A DNA stretch of 64,000 bases, from the NCBI RefSeq assembly GCF_035594765.1, contig NC_085841.1:167819574-167883573 (forward strand). The letters are read 5' to 3'. Position numbers and translations under genes: made by a program. The notes below the pieces were generated by a model, which did not search any database, was not told the DNA's origin, and saw only the letters and a list, made by a program, of their open reading frames with translations. This document shows positions 23,239-35,243 of this stretch, piece by piece. Numbering within the stretch: the first letter of the stretch is position 1; every line of letters begins with the position of its first letter. The stretch is from Anolis carolinensis (Eukaryota).

Positions 23239-25574
23239 AAGAGAACACAATAACTTTTAAGAAGCGATCCTGATGTCACCTTCTACAGACAGTCTGTGCA
23301 ATTGCCTAGAATTTTTCCCCCTAGGAAAAAAAGTGTGTTCACACAATGGAATATATTTTACATGGCTTGTAGATCAGTTAGCCATGAGTAAATGCAGCAT
23401 TTTGTTCTTATAATTCTGCCAGGAGATACTTTGTATCCTTTATCTTTGGGCTTTGCATTGCAAAAGGAGTCTGGATAACTTAATCCTATGGGAAAGTTAT
23501 TGAAATTACATTTTGTAAATATAAAATTCTTCTTTTATTCCTCGTAGTTGCCGCTTCTGCTTTCTACCTTTGAACCTCACTCTTGTCTATTCAACAGTGC
23601 TAGATGGAATACAGCAAAATGCATTTTCAATTTCCTCCTTTGCTCCTTTTAGGAGAGTTCTGTTCACAGAAAGGAGGGGGAAACCTCCATTAAATCTGTT
23701 TGAATAATAAATGATTGAAGATATACCTCTGGCCCTTTTAACCTCCAGGGATGACTTCTTTCAGTGGCTCAGCTTTGGCTGTTGTATAAATAATCAAAGC
23801 ATTATGGAAATGCAAGAGCTTTGTGCTATCAAGATCTGCAAATATTTATCTGGGAGTCATATTTCTATTTATCTTTGTGAATGCCTAGAGAAGACCTGAT
23901 GAGGTGCTCTTAGGAGGTGAAGCAAAATTTGTCAGGGAGTTGTGTAAATTAAGGACAGTTGCTTCAGGCAAATTCTGTATTGCTATAACAAATGATTTTT
24001 GTAAAGATAATGTAACATTCCTCTTTTTATTTCATTGGTGAGTGGACACAGTACTTGCTCTTTTTGTGAATAATAAGGGGGCAAGGGGAGGATGAATGAG
24101 TGAAGAAGAACAGAAGAGAACAGAATGCATGCTGTCCTTCATAATAGGATATATGTGTATGCATGCATAATAAGCTGAGCTCCTGGAGAAAAAGCATAAA
24201 AGCAACACTGATGGAATGACCTCTCACCATGTTACTTTGTGGAATGAACTCTTGGTTGGAAAATCCTATTTTTTCACATCCTCCGTGATTACTGGAGAAT
24301 ACGAAACAGGGAGAGGAGAACATGTTGTCATTTTAAAATATTAAAAACTTTCAAAGTGATTGCTTGTTTACAAGTTGTTTTGGTTGTTCGGTTCCTGTTG
24401 TTCACAGGGCACAGCCCCAGCAGTTTACAAGAAGAAATGCAGTTTGCCATCGCATTGCAAAAACTCTGCCGTTAGACAAAAGAATAAGAGCCAGCTGGAT
24501 TTCCATAATTAAGAGCAATGCAAATGTCATACTTCAAACAGAGCAAGTCAGACAACAGAGAAAGCTCTTGGAGGAGGAAAAAGCCAGCTCTTCACCTGGC
24601 AATGGAAAATCAGCAGGGAGGGAGGCTGGTACATGTTGCCTGGGTGAGATTCCACAATGCAGCTGCCACTTTGGAGTGAGACCAGGTCCTGCAGCCTTGC
24701 TTGTGTATAAAGTACAAGATTAAGGATGGGGTTCTCACAGATTTAAAGGCCTGGAGAAATAAATATGGAAGGGGCCATTCCCTAAGGTGTGCATAGTCAA
24801 ATACAAGCACTTTTGGATAGTTCTGCTTGACCAAGCATACATATAAGTGAAGACATGCTTGGTCAAGCAGAGGCATTCTTGACCTGTGCTGTCCATACTA
24901 TTCCTTTTCTTCTTTTATGGTCTAGGTACATTTATTTAGAAAATCAATGCAGTGAACTATCCAGTCATCAACGAGTCATCATTTTCGCTATATCATAACC
25001 CAGAAAATAGACACAAACTTTATCAGACCTACATGGGAGAGCTGTACTATAGCAATGCCTATGAAAAATTTCAAACTTCCTAGAATGTAAAAGAAGAAAA
25101 GCAACAGTTGTGCAGTTCAGTGCATTACTTTGTTTTGGATAGAGACAGGTTGAATCCCCAAGATAATAACGTCCATAGTTCTGACCTTTCCCAATACAAG
25201 GAAATGTTACTCTATGCAAAACCGATACTCATTTCATCTGCATCACAGTGGTAGTATGAATAGCAACAAATGTTGTAGCAACACTGTGAACATGTTATCA
25301 TGGATGTAGATTCACCACCTTAACACATTGAGAATCTTCCCCCTCGTAGGACACTTCAGCCTCTTTTCAAGCATGGAGAGGCATGGAGCTCATCACATGT
25401 TCCAAGGTTGAAGAGAGGCAGAAATGCCCTGAAAGGAGAGAAACTCTGAACATGGGCCAACAATCATGTTCAGAGCAGCTATCTTTTATCACACTTTACT
25501 CCCATGTTTACAACTGAAAAACAGGTGGGATGGGAACCATCAATAAATGTTCTATGCTACTCCCCCCCAATATT

Positions 25575-25856
25575 TATCCTCTAGACTGGTTCACTATCTG
25601 ATGTCCCGTCCCTCGAGGTTTTTATTTTGATCCCTTTCTCACCCAGAGTTTTAATTTTTAATCTAGTTTTTAAATGTAGTGTTCATGCGGCCCGCTCTTG
25701 TTATATTGCTGTTTCGATCTTATGTTGTACTGTTTATTTTATGTAATGTATTATTTAATTGTATTATGTTATGGTTATATTGTATTGTCTTGGGCATGGC
25801 CCCATGTAAGCCGCCCCGAGTCCCCATTGGGGAGATGGTGGCGGGGTATAAATAAA

Positions 25857-25910
<54 letters not shown>

Positions 25911-25911
25911 C
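25575..25911 (+). mobile_element. L2 3'UTR with (TTA)n tail
   Basis: GTAAGCCGCCCCGAGTCCCCATTGGGGAGATGGTGGCGGGGTATAAATAAA followed by a T-run and (TTA)n. Confidence 0.8.
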
Positions 25912-26140
25912 AAAGTTTCCCATCCTGTCAGCAATATATTGTATCCTATGGAGTTTGATGCAGAACAATAGGATCCCATGGAAAGTCAGAACTATGATGT
26001 GGCTGCAAAAAAAAGAAAAAATAACCAAATGCAGTTTTTGGCTGCACCATCAGAATAATAGTTTCATTAGCTCCAGTAATAATTAATTTACTTAATTCTC
26101 CGCTGATGAGCATTCAACTGGAGGGCAGTGCCCAGTTCAA

Positions 26141-26946
26141 TGTTGTCGCCCAGCCTCCATCTGAGCTGTCAGGTGAGCCTGAGGTTGGGCCCATTCATCC
26201 TATGATTGTCCCTTTACCTGCCTTGTCAGAAGTGCAGCCAGAGTTTGTCCCTGCACCAGCCTTGCCAGAGGACTCTGGGTTTGGGCCTGAGATGCAGCCA
26301 GAGTTTGTCCCAGTGGACAGAATGTTTGCAAGCAGGCAATTTGAACCATATTCCTCAAAGCAGTCAAGGTTGGATCTCCAGGTGCCAGATGGACATTTTA
26401 GTTCAGGTTGTTTTCTCTGACATGGCCAGAGGTGGTAACGTTGCTAATCCAAGAAGGAAGATCTTTGCTTCGTGTGTATTTCTGCAGCCTTGTATTTTGA
26501 TTCAAGTTCCAGCCTTGCTTGTTCCTGTGTTTCAAGTTGAATGTTCCAGTATTTTGCAGTTTGGATTTCGGTTCCAGCCAAGATCCTTGCTTTGTGTTCC
26601 AGCTTTGTCTCTGTACCTTTGTTCCTGCATTCCAGTTTTGTTTCTTGTGTTCCCAGCTTGATTCATGCCTTAAATTAGTCCTTGAAATCTTGTTCAGACT
26701 ACCCGTGATACTGTTCTTTGAACTGACTTTGATATCTAGTTTGGACTATGTTATTTGAGTGATTTTTATAGACTCCTGTTTTCAGGTTTTCAAGTATTGT
26801 GTTCCTGTGGATTCAAACTCATTTTATTGACTATGATCTTTGATTTTGCTATTGCTGGCATACAATCTTCAATAAACAGCTTGCTTGCTTATATTCTAGG
26901 GCTTCAGTGTGGTTTTGAGGTGCCTACGCAGCCTAGGGATGTAACA
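26141..26946 (+). mobile_element. Solo LTR, family A copy 2
   Basis: TGTTG...TAACA, 5-bp TSD TTCAA/TTCAG, AATAAA, homologous to 12398-13233. Confidence 0.85.
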
Positions 26947-27232
26947 TTCAGGCCTTTAACATCAAGAGAAGTTTAGACATATTGTTACAGGTTTAGAGAA
27001 GGGTAAAGAAGAAGATATGGAAAACTATTAAAGAAAATGAATTTGTTTGGAAAAGATTTGACAAGCCATGACTGGGCATGCCACCTTTTGTTCACTCAAA
27101 TTCCTTTTTAAATGAAGTTTTTTTTTGGGAGGGGGGGGGGTTGCCAGCTCAACTTCAGATTGAATTTATATTGTGTTGCCATAATACAGATTTAAGATTT
27201 TTCTGTTGTTTAGCTATCATTACACTGGTACA

Positions 27233-28001
27233 GGAGCCCCTGGTGGCATGGTTGGTTAAACCGCTGAGCTGCTAAACTTGCTGACCAGAAGGTCAATGGT
27301 TTGAATCTGGGGAGTGGAATGAGCTCCTGCTGTTAGCTCCAGCTTCTGTCTTAGCAGAACTTAGCAGTTCGAAAACATGCAAATGTGAGCAGATCAATAG
27401 GTACCACTCCGGCAGGAAGGTAACGGCACTCCATGCAGTCATTTATTTATTTATTTATTTACAGTATTTATATTCCGCCCTTCTCACACCGAAGGGGATT
27501 CAAGGCGGATCACATTATATACATATAGGGCAAACATTCAATGCCCATATACACATAGAACCGAAACAGAGACATACGCAGAGGCAATTTAACCTTCTCC
27601 TGAGGGGATGTTCAATTCTCACCACAGGAGGGAGCAGCTGCTTCATCATCGACTGTGATGGCACTTCCTCATTCCAACATCGTAAATTAGTTAAATCTGC
27701 CTCCCCACTTTATAAGTGGTACCTTACTTCCTACTTGATAGATACAACTATCTTTCGGGTTGCTAGGTCAGCAACGAGCAGGGGCTATTTTTTATTTTTT
27801 AATTGACGGGTGCTCACCCTGCCACGGGCTGACCTCATGGTCAGAGTGATTTATTGCAGCAGGCTGCTCACAGCCCGGCCACATGACCTTGGAGGTGTCT
27901 AAGAAAAACACCGGTTCTTCAGCTTAGAAATGGAGATGAGCACTAACCCCCAGAGTCAGCCATGACTAGACTTAATGTAAGGGGAAGACCTTTACCTTTC
28001 C
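27233..28001 (+). mobile_element. Sauria SINE, interrupted
   Basis: tRNA-like head, (ACCTTT)n tail, 13-bp TSD TTACACTGGTACA. Confidence 0.92.
27442..27879 (-). mobile_element. L2-tailed tRNA-derived SINE (Anolis SINE2-like) nested in the Sauria SINE
   Basis: Head GCCGGGCTGTG, L2-type terminal stem-loop and (TAAA)n tail on the minus strand. Confidence 0.85.
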
Positions 28002-28129
28002 TTACACTGGTACAAAAGAATTTCTGAATCTATCATATAAAGCATTGGGGACAAAACATTGGTTCAACTTTCTTTCCATAGTCTTTTCTGGAAGACAAAA
28101 ACTCCTCAAGGTTTTGGCAGATGTGTTGC

Positions 28130-28646
28130 CAGAGGCGGTCCAACCGCAGAGGCATTTGCCTGTGGTGCCATCTTCCCGGGGGCACAGTCGAGCCCCCAGG
28201 AGGATGGCGCCACCCCCCGCCTCCTTTTCCTTCAGGCCTGGACCTTCTCGCTGTGGCCCACGCGCCCTGGCCCCACCTCCTGTGCAGCGCAGGAGACGGG
28301 GCCAGGGCACGCGGCATGGGAGGCGGGGCCAGGGCGTGTGGCGCGGGAGGCGGGGCCAGGTCTGGCCTCGCCTTTTGCACCGTGCAGCCTGGCCCAGCGA
28401 GAAGGTCCATCCAGGCCGCGGCAGGAAGGCCCATCCAGGCCGCGGCGGAAGGTCCTTCCGCCGCGGCCCACGCACCCTTGCTCTGCCAGGAGGCGTGGCC
28501 GCGCGACACGGGAGGCGGGACCAGGGCACGCTGCACAGGAGGCGGGGTGAGGTCTGGCCATGCCTCCCGTGTCTCATGGCCACGCAGCATGGGGGGTGGG
28601 TGCCAAAATTAATTTTGCCTACTAAGGCAAACTATGGACGCCTCTG
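28130..28646. mobile_element. GC-rich non-autonomous hAT element 1
   Basis: TIRs CAGAGGCGGTCC / GGACGCCTCTG; perfect 8-bp TSD TGTGTTGC; internal GGGAGGCGGGGCCAGG repeats. Confidence 0.88.
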
Positions 28647-28770
28647 TGTGTTGCTTATCCTGCCATTTGAGCAGGGGTCTTTTGAACTGGTGTTTTGGAA
28701 GATTGACAGTTGAAAACATTATATGTTCTAGCTATATTTTCCTATGAATGTTGTTTAATTATAAAACATG

Positions 28771-28773
<3 letters not shown>

Positions 28774-28808
<35 letters not shown>
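28774..28808. repeat. (TA)n microsatellite
   Basis: Seen directly. Confidence 0.9.
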
Positions 28809-28809
<1 letters not shown>

Positions 28810-30789
28810 CAATTTTAGCATCTTGTGAAGTGAATGGTATTTTGTAGAATAACACCAACATTTAAGTGGAGGCAGAATATATCTCACCTCTGAACTAAAA
28901 ATCTTTCATCATAATTCAGTGTCAGTAACTTTACCTCCATTATATCCATTTAAGATGGAAGTGTTGGCTATATGAAGGGTATGGAAACTGCAATTACTAA
29001 ATTTATTTTCCCTGGAAGAAGGAAAGCCTTTTAAAAAAAAAATCATAATTGTCAATCATTTTTCACTAAACCTAAACTAAATAAAGCAAACATATATTTT
29101 GGAAATAGAACTACTTTGTTACCTGGGTTTTTTTTTTTTTTGAGGCAAGGATCATTTAACTCATGATGATAGAAGTTAGCCGTATTTTTTTTTCCATTGG
29201 GACTGAATTTTTGCTGGGACAATCTATTATTATTTGTAGGAAAGAACCTCAAAATGTGAGTGTTGAGGAGACCTAAGTCTTTTACACATAATCTAGGTAT
29301 TGCACTATGTCAACAGGCACAGTGTAATTCCACATTATTGCCTTGCCAATAATTTTAGCCTGGAATCTAAACTAAATTGCTTCCTTTAGACAAGAAGGAA
29401 CTGTGGTCTACATGCTTCTTAGCCATGGGTCTCCCTTGAGTAGTGAATAACAGCTGTGCCATATTTTGCAGAATTATATCAGCTGGCTTTATACTATAAT
29501 CACCACTCTGTGAGGGAGGGAACAAAGAGCCCAAAGTTAATTTGAGAAATGGCCAGCAATAATGTCTTTCCTGGTGTTCAGAAATAGCCTGAAATTTAGA
29601 CCGCTTTTAATAACTTCAGTCAGAAGATGAAGCGGAAATGCGCTACAAAAAGAGAAAGCGTAATTACTGTGCTGTAGCTGTAAGATGGGTAAGGAAGTAG
29701 TTAGAAATGTTTCATTGATAAAATACACTAAACTATCATCCTGGAGTTGGTGGTGGCAGAAAGGCAGAGTTGCTGAAATAAAACAGTAGAACAAATGGAT
29801 GAAGTGTGCCTCAAAGAATGAATGTCATAGAATGTCACCTGGCATGGGTTTTGCTTTGAAATAAGAGCAGAATTTGAGTTATGAGCTAGCATTAGAGGGA
29901 GTGCTAAGCACAAGAGTACAGGGCTTTAGGGCTTCAAGGGAGCAGCCTCTGTGCCTTGTGCTCTTGTTCGCTGTGGGGGTTTGATGTCTGCTTTATGCTT
30001 GTCCTCTTTGAGGAACTTTGGGTTAGTTGATTTTGTGTGGTTTTTATTCCTGGTCTGTTTGGCTTCATGAAGAGAAGGGGGAGAGCAAGAGTGGCATGAA
30101 GGCTGGAATGAAGGAATGATGCTTCTTCTTTTTCTTCACTTTGTGCTTCCTTGCCACAACTGTGTGCTTCTACCATTTTAAAGTTGATCTCTTTTATTGT
30201 TCCATGTGAATGTGCATTTATGCATTATTTGTTATTTATAAAGTACATTTTCCTATTTAAAAACACATAGCATACCAAAACTGGAAGGAGGTGAACAGCT
30301 GGAACAGATAAATAGCATGGAAATTTATTTCAATGGGAAAATTGCTTTGAGGTAAGAGCATTTTGAATTAAGAACTCGGTCACAGAATGAATTAAAATCT
30401 TAAGTCAAGGTTTCACTCTACAGTATTTAAAAACACAATTTTCTTTCCGGACCTATTCTGTGCATATTTGTTAAACTAGATGTTAGTCTTTGAGGGAAAT
30501 GCCCAAGGAATAACTAACTGTAAGAAATAATTTGTTTTGCGGGTGGACTTAATGAATTCAACTTTTTGCTTCCAAGTGCTTGTTTGGCTGTGGGACAAAG
30601 GTAGAGAATGTATTTATTCCAATATATTCACCATTTATATTCTCACTGAAGTACGTAGAACTTAATAACCAAGGGAAAACCAAAAGAAGGATAAGGAAAA
30701 AACGGTGTGTTCATGGGTTATTACTTTTCAGCTAAAATTGCAGAGTCCCTGCAGGACTGTCCAATCCTCACCCCTTTCAAAGTTGTGTG

Positions 30790-30986
30790 CATATAGTAGT
30801 GTTGCCTAGCCCATATTTGACTAGTTTGTTTGCAAGAAAGTCATGGGGGATTTTGTCGAAAGCCTTACTGAAATCATGATTTGCTACATCCGCAGCATTC
30901 CCTGCATCTACCAAGCTTGTAATGCTATCAAAAGAAGATATAAGATTAGTCTGGCATGACCTTTTGAGAAATCTATGCTGACTTTT
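30790..30986 (-). mobile_element. CR1 RT fragment
   Basis: KRSCQTNLISSFD...DFSKAFDKIPHD.L..KL..YGL. Confidence 0.9.
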
Positions 30987-31597
30987 AGGTCCTATGATTC
31001 TATGCTCCCCTCCCACTTTCTGTATAAAGGCAACAGATTATGACTGTCCTCCCCTGATAGACCATACAGACTATACCTGGAAGCTAAAAATACAAGTACT
31101 GCCTGACATTGTGCCAGGTGGGTATTGATGATGATCATCAACACCACCACCACCACCATCATCCTGCTTTTCCTTTCTTATCAGAGACTCAAAGCTTCTT
31201 TAGTTTAGACATTGCTGTGCTGAGTTTCCACATCCAAAGAAGCAATGTTCTCTCTACCTTACTCATCCCCCCCCCCCCCCCCCCCCAAAATCTGGCTTCT
31301 CTGCTTGGTCTGGAAGTCTGATTTCACATAGCAAACAAAATGCTTTTAAATGAACTAGCAAAACATGATTTTTCACAAACCAGAAAAGGAAGCTCTCATC
31401 CTCATACATTAAAAGGAAGCAAACAAAGCACAGAAGAGATTGTGGTGTGCAATTAAGTATCAATTGAGCCTCGCTCTTTGGCACATCTCTTTTCAATATG
31501 TAATGTGCTCATTCCTGGTTTCTTTTTACTGTTCCAAAGTTGATTGCCACTTGGCTTAATATCTCTTTTTATATGCAGTATGGTTGTCATTTTAGTA

Positions 31598-31878
31598 TAT
31601 ATTGAGTTTCCCTTATCCAAAATGTTTAGACCAGAAATATTTGTATTTGCATATGCATACATAATGAGATAACTTGGAGATGGGACACAAGCCTAAATGC
31701 AACATTCATGTATGTTTCGTATATACTACATGAATACAATTTTTAAAATAATTTTGTCCATGAAACAAAGTTTGTGTACAATGAATCATTAGAACCATTA
31801 GAAAGTCATGCATGAAGACAAAATTGGATTTTGGAGTGTTTTCAGTTTTTTAATTCTGGATAATGATACTTAACCAGT
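31598..31878 (+). mobile_element. Tigger4-like pogo MITE (degenerate)
   Basis: TTGAGTTTCCCTTATCCAAAATG...GGAGATGGGACACAAG...CATGAAACAAAGTTTGTGTACA; inverted relative at ~62670-62985. Confidence 0.7.
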
Positions 31879-32724
31879 ATAATTATTGTGAAGTTTTATT
31901 TTATATTTTAGTTTATACTTACAGAAGGAGCACTTCAACACCTACTGCTGAAGTTCTTTCTTTGGAGCATTAGGAACTTCGGTTTGATTTCTGCTATTAT
32001 GTGGCAAAACCATCTAACCTATCTGTCTATTCTGTAAAATAAATTACATTCTCCTAACCTAATTGATTTTCTTTTCCTTGGAACACTAGAACAGAAGTCT
32101 GCAATGAGCAGGCAGGAGGCCCATGATAATGCTTTATGTCTCTCCTTGGTACTCTCTAGGGCTGTATTCCTTTCTTCAGCAGGGGAATAATGCCTTGTAT
32201 TATGATGACTTATCTACGCATTTTTCTATAGGAGCTCCTTCAACAATATTATTTTACGACTTACAGCGGCCGTTGTTCATGGATCCTTCTCTGGTTTATT
32301 AAAGCAAAGTTCAGCAGAAGCCAAACTAGAATATTTGGCCTACTTAGAGAATCTTTGTGTCTGCAGATTCACTAAAGGAGTGGTTAAAATTAAGAGTTGA
32401 GATAGAGGACTTTGTCACACTGAGGTCCTCAAGCCGAGGGACAGCGGGGGCATCCGTTGGGCAACAGGGAAAATCTGACGGGCAGTGGGGGAAGCCATCA
32501 TCCCATGCTCCACATTGCCCTCATTGCCTCTTACCCCACGAAACAGCTTCCCCTCACACTGTCCCCAGTTTACCTAATGGGAACACGGTTAGCTACCTGT
32601 GTTCCATGATGTATCCAGGCTAGAGCCTCGCTAGGAGTAGTTTTGGATCATGTAATGGACTCCGGTGGGCTTCATCCTCATTCCGTCCTGGAGGCATCTG
32701 TGATGTCTCAGGCACCATTGGTGT

Positions 32725-33500
32725 CACAACATTCTGAAAACAGGGGAATTCCACACAGGAAACAATCAGGGCCAGCTAACACCTCCCAACAAAGTATTCC
32801 CATCATCAAAGTCTGGCAAATCCTCTGTTTTCTCAGGGCCACAGACAGTAGAAGCACATAAAATATCACAAAGAACACCACTCTGAAAACAAGGGAATTC
32901 CAGACAGGAAACAATCAGGGCCAGCTAACACCTCCCAACAAAAAATTTACTCGGGGAGAAAACAGCCAGGCTTTAAAGCTGCAAGGCCATTACATCCTAA
33001 TCATTTTTCCTAATTGCAGCATTCATATTTGCCTCCAACAGACAAAAAAACCAATCAGAAATATTATATATTCACAACCTTTAGGAAATAATATCCCCTG
33101 ATGGCACAGTGTGTTAAAGCGCTGAGCTGCTGAACTTCTGGACCGAAAAGCCGCAGGTTTGAATTGGGGGAGCGGAGAGAGCCCCCACTGTTAGCCCCAG
33201 CTTCTGCCAACCCAGAAGTTCAAAAACATGCAAATGTGAGTGCATCAATAGGTACTGCTCCGGCGAGAAGGTAACGCCGCTTCATGCAGTCATCCCACAT
33301 GACCTTGGAGGAGTCTACGGACAACGAAGGCTCTTCGGCTTAGAAATGGAGATGAGCACCAACCCCCTGAGTCAGACATGACTGGACTTAATGTCAGGGG
33401 AAAATGTTTACCCTTTACCTTAACTACCACCAATTCCTCAATACTTTATTTCCCATACCACCATACTTCGCCACAGCAATGCGTGGCCGGGTACAGCTAG
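32725..33500 (+). mobile_element. Composite non-autonomous Helitron (3' part) containing Penelope and Sauria SINE fragments
   Basis: Ends in GCCAC-agcaatgc-GTGGC hairpin, ~10 nt, then CTAG|T; 5' TC terminus not seen. Confidence 0.75.
33095..33421 (+). mobile_element. Sauria SINE inside the Helitron-ended unit
   Basis: Homologous to 62988-63313; no TSD visible. Confidence 0.9.
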
Positions 33501-34566
33501 TTTGAATATAATGCTAAAGTATGAGCGAGAAGGAAGGAAGAGTGGGAGTTTGATTCCACTTATTTTTTATTTCTATTAAAATTCTTGCAAATCAACAGCA
33601 CAAAAGATAAAATCAAGGATAAGCTTTGTACCTACAATTAAGCTGTATATTTGCCTCCGCATTTAAATGAAAAATAATCATTAGTCTTGACTAATGGCTT
33701 CCTGTACGTCTCAATAAGGAATATTGTATTCCTTTATATGTTGACTCGTGTTGGTTGGAGCTTCAAACTGAAAGATGATGTTTTGGAAGAGCACCAGCTT
33801 TCCAGCTGAGTTAACTGTGATCAGGGTACTTTCTAAGGCAGGAGGTAAATAGGAAAATGCTTCCAGAAATTAATAGGATTAACTGATGGTACACTGCCAG
33901 ACACACCTCGATCATTAGAGCTGAATTTCTTATCTGCAATATTCAGTCCGCCTCTCTGGGTGTATTTTATTACATTCACCTTTGGCATCCTCCTCACCAT
34001 TTGAAATCTCCATTCCTTAACTTTTTACCCCAAAAGAAACCTTGAGATTATTTTCAGGGAACCTTTGAATAAAAAAGAAAGTTTATTTTTCTCAATCACA
34101 ATCTATTGTAGAATCTCTAGTGAACTTCAAAGGACTCTAGTGTTTTGGGGAACCTTTGCTGGGAATATCTGTTGTGAAGGAAGCTGGCTCTTAACCAGCA
34201 TGTCACCTTCATCATGGACCACACTGGCTGAGGTTTTGGAGAGTCAAAATACAAAGACATCTGAAACCTCCATTTCCATTTCAGAACCACTGCTCTGTAG
34301 TTTGATATAGTTCTACAACAGGCATGTATTTTTTCCACTTATTTCATCTTGTGCAGGCAAAATAATTAATTTCAGTGAGAAGAGGTACAGAAGTAAGGGG
34401 AAAACACTAATGCCTATGCAGAAAATATATTTCCTGCAGAAAAAGCACTATTAGTTCTGAGGAATCACCTGCCCCAAAACATGATTGTTTTGTGGAAGAA
34501 GTAAATGTTCTGATCTACAGGGTGCCTTAGTGTCAGGACACCATTTTTACACCTATGCTGTGAATA

Positions 34567-35243
34567 CAGTCAACTTTCCACATTTGTGGGTTTAACTCTT
34601 CAGATCTGATTATTCATGGATTTGATTAAAATGTTTTCTCTGGAAATCTCTAGGTCTCCTAATGTGATTCTATGGTCAACTTCCAGTGGACATTGACCAT
34701 AGGTCTGTTCTGGAGGATCTAGAACTGGGGTTCTCAAACTGTGCTCCGTGGAGCCCTTGGGGCTCTGCGGGTGATAGCGAGGGGTTCCACATTACCATCC
34801 TGCTTCCAACTTCCTCTTCTTTCCTCCTCCAGAGAAATGCAGGGAAATTAAAGTTTTGAGCTGCTGGAAACAGCAGCAGCAGAAGTAGCAATGTTTTCCT
34901 GGGGCATATTGGTTAAAATGGTTCATTATAAATACTGTATTTTTCTTTATTTCTTTCCCCCCCACTCCCCTCTGTGTACTAATTCACACAAACACTCTCC
35001 ATTCATCCACCACTGTCCCAGCCCATGTCTTATATATATACATATCATATCATATATCATTTCTTCAAAGAAATGTTTGCTTCAAAAGGCTCTGCTGCTG
35101 AAAAAGTTTGAGAACCCCTAATCTAGAGATTCCTTGGTAGGTGTTTCCTCAGATTGAAAATAGCCATATTTTAATTTGCAGTTTTGTATTTTTCACTGGG
35201 AGCCCTGTGCCCCTAACCACAGTGAATGTGGAGGGCTTGACTG
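34567..35243. mobile_element. Old pogo/Tigger-type MITE hosting a hAT MITE
   Basis: TA|CAGTCAACTTTCCACATT...AATGTGGAGGGCTTGACTG; relative at ~59540-60039. Confidence 0.7.
34725..35120. mobile_element. hAT (Charlie-like) MITE
   Basis: TIR GGGGTTCTCAAACT / AGTTTGAGAACCCC; TSD ATCTAGAA/ATCTAGAG. Confidence 0.85.

Noticed and set aside
12398-26946. Full-length LTR retrotransposon between the two family A LTRs
   Set aside because: Each LTR has its own TSD, they are quite diverged, and no gag/pol lies between them.
28002-28713. Six overlapping 109-222 aa ORFs
   Set aside because: They coincide with a GC-rich repetitive hAT element; open frames on both strands reflect the scarcity of stop codons.
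29298-29328. TATTGCACT (miR-92-like seed) in a small hairpin
   Set aside because: The stem is only ~13 bp with a 4-nt loop, too short for a pre-miRNA, and the rest does not match the mature miRNA.
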